The notes below the pieces were generated by a model. The model worked only from the letters and a program-made list of their open reading frames with translations. It had not been told where the DNA came from and did not search any database. Positions 58,098-64,000 of a stretch of 64,000 nt of DNA are shown here, piece by piece (the first letter of the stretch is position 1; each line of letters begins with the position of its first letter). A program made the translations under genes and the position numbers. Source of the stretch: Deltaproteobacteria bacterium (GTDB lineage: Bacteria > Myxococcota_A > Polyangia > GCA-2747355); NCBI GenBank assembly GCA_020633415.1, contig JACKDQ010000001.1, forward strand, positions 582,723-646,722, written 5' to 3'.

Positions 58098-59833
58098 CGG
58101 ATGCCTCCGCTCTTCTTGCTCCAGTACCCACCCGAGATGCCGTCAAAATAGCCGGCGATCTCTTGCAGGCGAATGCGCATGAACTCTCGTGCCAGCGGCT
58201 CAGCTGGCGGGTTGAGCGCCAAGCGCGTCGCGACCTCGCGATAGACGCGATAGAGCCGATTGACGCGCTCAGTGATGTCGCGACGCAGCCAAGCTAGGTT
58301 GCGCTCGATGCGACCGAAGTGTGGCAGTTCACGACGGTCAAAGATCAAGCGCGACAGCTCCCAGTAGGCCCATGCCTCGACAACGTGCTCGTTGGTGCGC
58401 TGTCGGTTGTAGTAGAGAAAATCGTAGTGAAGATAGGGAAAGGCGCGCAGCTTGAGCGCGTCTACCGTTGGTGAGTAGAAATAGTAGAGGGACAGGCGTG
58501 GAAGAAGTGCTGCGTAAGGTGCGCGCTGCTTGTACGCGATCACGTCATCAAAGTAGAGCAGCTTTTTCTTCAGCAGCACCTTCCAAAACTGATGCAGGTC
58601 CGGAAAGTCGAGCAGGCGCGGCTCGCGTCGTGGGCGCGGCGCTGGGCGCAACGCTTTTGGCTCACCAACGCGGTAGAGCTGGCGATTGGTCAGCAGCCAG
58701 AGCTTGCTTGCATCGCCGTCGTAGGCGTGTACCCAGCGCGGGGACTCGGAGCCACCGAGCTGAAACACTTTGTACCAGCTCTCGCCGGCGTCTTTGGTTT
58801 CCCAAAGCGCGAGCTCTGTGGTCGCGTACCATTGCCCGGGCGTCTTGGTTGCCAATACGGTGTTGACCACGTTGTTGACGAAGCGCATGCCGCGGCGCTG
58901 CCAGGAGCCCATTTCGCCGCCCTGGGCCGAGGCCCACACGCCATCGCCGGTGCCCATCACGCGGACGTTTTCCGGCCCGAGGGAAATCCATTGCACGTCG
59001 CCGCGCGGCGACCAGAGGCTCCAGTGCGTGGTGATCCAGTTTTCACCGCCGTCGGGCGAGGCCATCGACGCGCCGCCCATCGCCATGTGCAGCAGTCCCT
59101 TTTGCTCACGCGAAAAATAAAGCGCGCGGATGTAGGAATCGCGGATGTAAAAATCCATCTCTTTGCGCATCGTGGTGCCGGCATTGGTCGAATAAAAGAG
59201 ACCTTGAGCGGTGCCGACGATCAGTCGGTTGGGCGTGGCCGGATCAGTGACGACGGTGTTGACCACGCGTTCGCGTATTCCTGTGCGGCCCTGCCAGATG
59301 CGCAAAAAGTTTCGGCCGCCGTCGGTGGAGCGGTAGAGGCCGTCGGTTGTGCCGACGAAGATGCGTTGCTCGTCGTGCCAGTCGACCTCGATCCAATTGA
59401 TCGTCGTTGACTTGTCGCCCTTGAGCACCAGCAGTTGCTGGAGGTTGAGCCCGGCGGTGCGAGCGCCCTTGCTGCGCAACCAGCTCTGCAGGTGCGGTGA
59501 TTTGCCGGGAAGTCCCAGCGCGTATTCGAGGCGTGGATCGGGGCTGCGCTCGCGGCCATAAAACAGCGAGCGCTGCGGGGTGACGAGGACTTGTTGCCAG
59601 GTGGCGCCAGCGTCGTCGGTGCGATAGATCGCGCCGGTCGCTGTGCCGATAAAGACCAGCTTGTGGTTGCGGTGCGAGACGCCGAGGCAGGTCAGTTCTT
59701 CACCGAGTCCCGCCATCGCTACGGCGCGCAGGCCGATGTTGCGCGCTGAAAGTGGCGCAGCGTTGATCGAGAGCATCGCGCAGCAGCCCAGCAGCCAAGG
59801 CAGTCGCCGTCGGTGGCGCGCGCGGGCGGTCAT
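58094..59833 (-). CDS. BNR/Asp-box repeat beta-propeller protein (Ycf48/sortilin-like)
   Basis: Repeated S/T-x-D-x-G-x-T/N-W motifs (YRTDDAGATWQQV, YRSTDGGRNFLRI, ASPDGGENWITT, WETKDAGESWYKV). Start at MTARARHRRRLPWLLGCCAMLS. The Arg-rich 5' extension of the listed ORF is spurious. Confidence 0.65.
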   Translation of the reverse strand: MTARARHRRRLPWLLGCCAMLSINAAPLSARNIGLRAVAMAGLGEELTCLGVSHRNHKLVFIGTATGAIYRTDDAGATWQQVLVTPQRSLFYGRERSPDPRLEYALGLPGKSPHLQSWLRSKGARTAGLNLQQLLVLKGDKSTTINWIEVDWHDEQRIFVGTTDGLYRSTDGGRNFLRIWQGRTGIRERVVNTVVTDPATPNRLIVGTAQGLFYSTNAGTTMRKEMDFYIRDSYIRALYFSREQKGLLHMAMGGASMASPDGGENWITTHWSLWSPRGDVQWISLGPENVRVMGTGDGVWASAQGGEMGSWQRRGMRFVNNVVNTVLATKTPGQWYATTELALWETKDAGESWYKVFQLGGSESPRWVHAYDGDASKLWLLTNRQLYRVGEPKALRPAPRPRREPRLLDFPDLHQFWKVLLKKKLLYFDDVIAYKQRAPYAALLPRLSLYYFYSPTVDALKLRAFPYLHYDFLYYNRQRTNEHVVEAWAYWELSRLIFDRRELPHFGRIERNLAWLRRDITERVNRLYRVYREVATRLALNPPAEPLAREFMRIRLQEIAGYFDGISGGYWSKKSGGIR

Positions 59834-60435
59834 TTCTCGAGACAAGCGCTGGCCTGTAGCGCGTCGAGGGTCGCCGACGCTGCCGGCTGACCGGTGATGC
59901 GCACGAAGCGAGCTGCGTTGACGCTGTGGCAACCGAGGTCGAATTCGGCGTTGAGTGCGGTCCAGATGCCGACGAGTGCCCAGTCGAGACCGTCGGGGCT
60001 GACCTCGACGGAGAAGGCGCCGCGACCGAGGCTGCTTTGCGGACATTGACCACCGGCAGCGGTGGAACTGCTGGTTACGGTGCCGATTAGGCTAAAGTCA
60101 GCGGCCCCGGCGGTTTCGCCGTCGAAGATCTGTCGACCGACGGCGAGAATCAGCGAGGTGTTTTCGGTTAGCGCCGCCGACTTCCCGTCGCTGGGACCGA
60201 GGGCGAGGTTGGCGTCGTCGATACCCGACGAGCCCTCGCTACTTGCTGCGTTGCAGCAGCTACAGTCCTCAGGGCAGATCTGACAGTCCTCGTCGGCGAT
60301 CTCGCACGTGCCGTTGCCACAGCTGGCCGGTTTGTTGGGCAGCCGGATCAGCGGATCTCCCTGGTCGAGGCAACTCGCCAACAAACCGCAGATCGCTAAC
60401 AGCGCTAAGCAACGCGTCTTCACAATAGCAGCCAA
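59830..60435 (-). CDS. Cys-rich lipoprotein, hypothetical
   Basis: Lipobox LLASC, then a Cys-rich N-terminal region (CGNGTCEIADEDCQICPEDCSCC). Its stop overlaps the start of the BNR gene. Confidence 0.45.
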   Translation of the reverse strand: MAAIVKTRCLALLAICGLLASCLDQGDPLIRLPNKPASCGNGTCEIADEDCQICPEDCSCCNAASSEGSSGIDDANLALGPSDGKSAALTENTSLILAVGRQIFDGETAGAADFSLIGTVTSSSTAAGGQCPQSSLGRGAFSVEVSPDGLDWALVGIWTALNAEFDLGCHSVNAARFVRITGQPAASATLDALQASACLEK

Positions 60436-60565
60436 GGATATCTGGCTGGCGCGTGCCGCGCAACTTCCCCAAACTGCGTCGTCTTGGCGAGGCGTCGTCG
60501 AGACGGGCGATCGGGGGCATTCTTGCGCCGTTTGCAGTTATCCGTCGGTGCGTTAGGGTTAGCAC

Positions 60566-61474
60566 ATGCATCGCGCTTTTCGGCTGCCTGCTGCTGCATT
60601 GGTGTTCGTCGTCTACTGGGTCAGCGGTGATTTGGCCGACGCTGGCCGTACGCGGGCCGAGGCGGCCAAGCCTTGGGCGTCGGTCAAGGGGCCGGCACCG
60701 GGAAAAGCCGAGTCGATCGGCAGCTACGGCAACGGCTGTTTGCGTGGCGGGAAAGCCCTCCCGCTCAAAGGCCTCGGCTACCAGGTTGCCCGGCCGTGGC
60801 GACGACGGCACTTTGCTCATCCGCAGCTGATCGCCGTGATCGAGCGCCTGGGCAAGAAGCTGGCTGCTGGCGCTGAAGGTCTGCTGCTCGTCGCCGACCT
60901 CGGCCAACCGCGCGGCGGCCCGGCACCGTCGGGCCACGCTAGTCATCAGTCGGGCCTCGACGCCGATATCTGGTTTTGGACGCCGCAAAAAGCCACTAGC
61001 CACCTGACGAATAGCGCGCTGCGCAAATTGCAGCCTCGGCCAGTGGTTGCGCACGGGCGGCCGACGCCAGCGTGGTCGGCGCGGGTCGGCAAGCTGCTGC
61101 GCTGGGCGGCCAGCGATCAGCGGGTGGCGCGGATCTTCGTCAATCCGCACATCAAGCGACAGCTCTGCCAGAGCGTTTCCGGCGAGCGCGGCTGGCTCGG
61201 CAAACTGCGGGTTTGGTGGGGCCATGACGCGCATTTCCACATCCGGCTAAGTTGCCCGGTTGGTAGTCCAGACTGCAAGGATCAGGAGAAGTTACCGGCT
61301 GGTGATGGTTGCGATCAGGTGGCGCACTGGCTCAGCGCAGCCTCGGCCAAGGCCCGACAGAGCACGCTTTCGCGCTATCGTCAGCGGCTTGAGGGCTGGC
61401 CGGAACTGCCAACACGCTGTGCTGGGCTACTGGCTGGACCAGCGCGGCTTCCGCCACAAAAAGCCGAGAAATAG
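60566..61474 (+). CDS. mepA: Penicillin-insensitive murein endopeptidase (peptidase M74)
   Basis: Signal peptide and metal-site segments ASHQSGLDADIW and HFHIRLSCP, matching MepA H-x6-D...H ligands. Confidence 0.8.
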   Translation: MHRAFRLPAAALVFVVYWVSGDLADAGRTRAEAAKPWASVKGPAPGKAESIGSYGNGCLRGGKALPLKGLGYQVARPWRRRHFAHPQLIAVIERLGKKLAAGAEGLLLVADLGQPRGGPAPSGHASHQSGLDADIWFWTPQKATSHLTNSALRKLQPRPVVAHGRPTPAWSARVGKLLRWAASDQRVARIFVNPHIKRQLCQSVSGERGWLGKLRVWWGHDAHFHIRLSCPVGSPDCKDQEKLPAGDGCDQVAHWLSAASAKARQSTLSRYRQRLEGWPELPTRCAGLLAGPARLPPQKAEK

Positions 61475-61613
61475 AGTGGATTTATCAACAGGCGGCTAGA
61501 GCTGTCGCTGAAGTGGCCACGCTAGCCCCCCCTTGCTCCGAAAATCAAAGGTTATCACGGCCTAATTGCTGGCATGCGCCTTGCTCATAACTGGGTCGTT
61601 GGAGCACTTGGAG

Positions 61614-63038
61614 ATGCGCATGCGCTTTTTTCTCATCAGCTTGGCTTGTTCGATCTTCGCCGCGTGTGGCACGTCGACCAGCTTGCCCGATCCGCAGATC
61701 AATCCGCCGACCAAGCCAAAACCCTGGGTCAACCGTGCGCCAACGTTGATGGCTGCATCGCCGGCCAAACTGGCGGTGGGCGAGCAACTGACGATTATCG
61801 GCGACGATTTCATCTCGAGCGACTACGGCGTACCGTACATCAAGTTCGTCGGGACGTTTACCGACGATCAGGGGGCGAGCTATCCGGTCGATCTGCAGAT
61901 CGAGACCAAACGCACCAACAGCGGCAAACTGACCTGGTCATTGTGGCCGAACATCGTTTTCCATCCGCAAGGCGACCGTCTGGGGACGTTTGTCGGCGAC
62001 ATTCAGGTGCTCAACGTCGGCAACGACGGCAGCCAGAAGCTGTCGGACCCGCTGCCGACGACGGTCGAGATCGGCCCATCGTTGATCCCGCTGCTGGCCC
62101 AGCCGAAAAAGGGCGGCTGCCAGCCGGTGGTTACCTCGACGCTCGGCGACACCGGCTATCAGTTCCAGCTGCGCGCCGTCGGGCTGCGTGCCGCGACGCA
62201 AAGCGCGCCGTTGGTGTTCAGCTGGACGTTTCTCGCTGAGCAGTGGGTGGTCGGGCCGCATGGGTTGCTGGACTATGAAAAAGTCTTTCCCAAGAGCGGT
62301 GGCATCGGCGTCGAGCAGGTTGTGACCAGCGGCACCGAGACCAGCTTGTCTGACGATTCCGATGCGTCGGCGTTGGTCAAGATCGGTCGTGAGATCATGG
62401 GCGACAAGGGCGTCGCCGAGTTGAAGCTCCGCGCCGTTGAGGGCGAGGGCAATGGTTATCAGGCGACGGTCTTTGTGTCGGCGGTTGACGGCGGCGGCAA
62501 GCGCGCCACGCTACGGATCCCGATCGACGTGCATCGGCAGGCCGAGATGTTCTACAACGGCGAGAGCAAGGTTGCCCAAAGGTGGGAATCGTACCGTGTC
62601 ACCGATTGCCTGGCGGGCGCCGATATCGGTCGCCAAGTGACCTATCGCGAGGATAAGACCGAGCAAAAGTCGCGCGCCATCGCTTTTCAGTACAATGCCT
62701 CGCTGGGCGTAGGCTTGGGATTGCCGAGCAACCCCTTCGCCTTGAGCATCAACCCGTCCGTCGGCTTCGGCGTCGACGTTCAAGGCGTCGTCAGCACGCA
62801 GAAGATGACCGGGATCGATCTCGGTGGACAGCTGCTGGCGGGCAACTTTGGTGTGTTCTATCGCCAGCTGACCAAGGTCTATAAGATCGGCAAGCTGCGC
62901 GGTTACGGTGTCTGCGGTGAGAGCGTCGACCTCGGCGAGGTTGTGCTGACCGACTGGATCTACACCCCGGAGTTCGCGCAAGGGCAGAGCTGTCCACCGC
63001 CGAGCAATCTCGCCCCCGCGGTCAAATACCTCGACTAG
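61614..63038 (+). CDS. Secreted hypothetical lipoprotein
   Basis: MRMRFFLISLACSIFAAC lipobox (the listed ORF starts 48 nt upstream). About 470 aa, beta-rich, no domain recognised. Confidence 0.45.
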   Translation: MRMRFFLISLACSIFAACGTSTSLPDPQINPPTKPKPWVNRAPTLMAASPAKLAVGEQLTIIGDDFISSDYGVPYIKFVGTFTDDQGASYPVDLQIETKRTNSGKLTWSLWPNIVFHPQGDRLGTFVGDIQVLNVGNDGSQKLSDPLPTTVEIGPSLIPLLAQPKKGGCQPVVTSTLGDTGYQFQLRAVGLRAATQSAPLVFSWTFLAEQWVVGPHGLLDYEKVFPKSGGIGVEQVVTSGTETSLSDDSDASALVKIGREIMGDKGVAELKLRAVEGEGNGYQATVFVSAVDGGGKRATLRIPIDVHRQAEMFYNGESKVAQRWESYRVTDCLAGADIGRQVTYREDKTEQKSRAIAFQYNASLGVGLGLPSNPFALSINPSVGFGVDVQGVVSTQKMTGIDLGGQLLAGNFGVFYRQLTKVYKIGKLRGYGVCGESVDLGEVVLTDWIYTPEFAQGQSCPPPSNLAPAVKYLD

Positions 63039-63312
63039 GGTGCCGACTCGGCGCGCCAACGCCGCGCCTGGCGCGAGCAATGCGATCTAGCTTACTCATC
63101 TGGCGCTTTATCTGGCCACCTAGCTCTTCACAAACCGGCTAGGTCTGGTCGTCCAATCGACAAGAAAAGCAAATCAAATCAGCGATGCAAGGTAGTCCGC
63201 TGGCTGGACTGGCTTTTGCTTTATCGATGGACGGTCCTTCGGCTGAGTCTCCCTTCGGTGCGTCAGCGTCGAACAGGTCAGACCCATCCGTCGTGGCAGA
63301 CAGAGGTAGGCA

Positions 63313-64000
63313 TGGAGCGCGTTTCAGAATCCCTCTCGCAGCCAACAGCGGTCGACATTGTCGCTGAGGCGCGACGTTTGTTCGCCAGCCGCTCCTACGA
63401 CGACGCGATCATGTTGCTGACGCGGGTTGAGGAATTGGAATGGCGCCCCGACGCGCTGCTGCTGTTGGCCAAGGCGCTGGTGCTCGACGCGCGTTACGAA
63501 CGCGCCCGCGTGACCTTGCACACCCTGCTCAGCCTTGTGCAAAGCCGCGAGGCCTACCGGCTGCTGATCCGCGTTTGCCTGGCGCTCGACGACTTGAGCG
63601 GTGCGGCTTCGGCCTTGTCGGGGGCGATCGAGCGCTTTCCCGACGACGATGCGCTACTCAGGCTCGACCGCAGGGTCAAGGCGCGGCTCGACCGCACCGA
63701 CCAAACGCCACGCGAGCCGCTCGATCCGGAAGATGAGCCGACGGCGATCGAGATCCCTCAGGCATTGCTCAATACCGGTGAGCGCCTTGCGGACGAGCAC
63801 CACGCCGACGAGTTGCCGATCTTCGATGGTCCGCCCTCGCCGCGCAGCATCGATCCGGAGGATGCCGAGGAAGCTTTCTTTCGTGCAAATCACACCGTCG
63901 AAGTCGACTCGGAGCTGATCGATGATGTCGTTTCGGCCCTCGGCGACGATTTTCTGCCCGAGGAGCAGGACAGCGACTTGTTTGGTGAAGGTACGCGATC
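63313..64000 (+). CDS. TPR-like repeat protein (5' partial; continues beyond the window)
   Basis: ATG at 63313 opens a frame running to the window end (MERVSESLSQPTAVDIVAEARRLFASRSYDDAIMLLTRVEELEWRPDALLLLAKALVLDARYERARVTL...), a helical-repeat TPR-like composition. Confidence 0.4.

Noticed and set aside
63040-63065. Hairpin cgcgcca-(10 nt)-tggcgcg after the 61614..63038 gene as a terminator
   Set aside because: It is plausible as a terminator, but no U-tract follows. It cannot be distinguished from a chance GC palindrome at this GC content.

Overview
This is a 64-kb window of a high-GC (about 65-68%) bacterial chromosome. The gene content suggests a myxobacterium-like (Myxococcota/deltaproteobacterial) organism: many lipoproteins with Cys lipoboxes, a sigma-54 enhancer-binding response regulator, a eukaryotic-like pseudokinase, fasciclin and CotH proteins, and astacin-type metzincins. 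That taxonomic placement is inference only.

Most of the window is ordinary chromosome:
- a PAS histidine kinase / NtrC-like pair
- a KdsC-like phosphatase
- Fe/Mn superoxide dismutase
- tRNA-Pro(TGG)
- an MBL hydrolase
- a CotH operon
- a TetR regulator
- a CBS histidine kinase
- an AstE/AspA-family hydrolase
- two tandem ArsA/Get3-like ATPases
- a CrtI-like oxidoreductase
- patatin
- a fasciclin protein
- a DtxR-Com-FeoA-FeoB locus
- a serine hydrolase
- a PaaX-like regulator with a desaturase
- rdgB-rph-amidase
- mepA

The features that stand out are:
1. A thioredoxin-fold lipoprotein whose two halves are joined by a single in-frame TGA, exactly where the redox Cys of a CxxC motif is expected, with a SECIS-like hairpin just downstream. 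This is a selenoprotein candidate.
2. A 76-bp tandem array (about 4.5 copies) abutting tRNA-Pro. Each unit re-uses the tRNA 3' end plus a hairpin.
3. A compact element (about 0.9 kb) encoding an IS200/RAYT-like HuH-Y1 transposase fused to a DnaA-type HTH, with 35-bp imperfect terminal inverted repeats. Truncated end-copies of it delimit an accessory segment of about 7 kb (20.7-27.8 kb), which is flanked on the outside by a second astacin-like paralog (27.8-29.3 kb). The segment carries two diverged astacin-like lipoprotein paralogs and a GT-C glycosyltransferase.
4. 115-bp direct repeats bracket a GNAT/carbon-nitrogen-hydrolase fusion gene. The upstream copy is a chimeric relic of two neighbouring genes that share a C-terminal module.
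5. Several smaller oddities: a Com-like zinc ribbon in the Feo operon, a FeoB-associated Cys-rich peptide fused to a beta-rich secreted domain, and a double in-frame TGA splitting a signal peptide from a Trx-domain protein.
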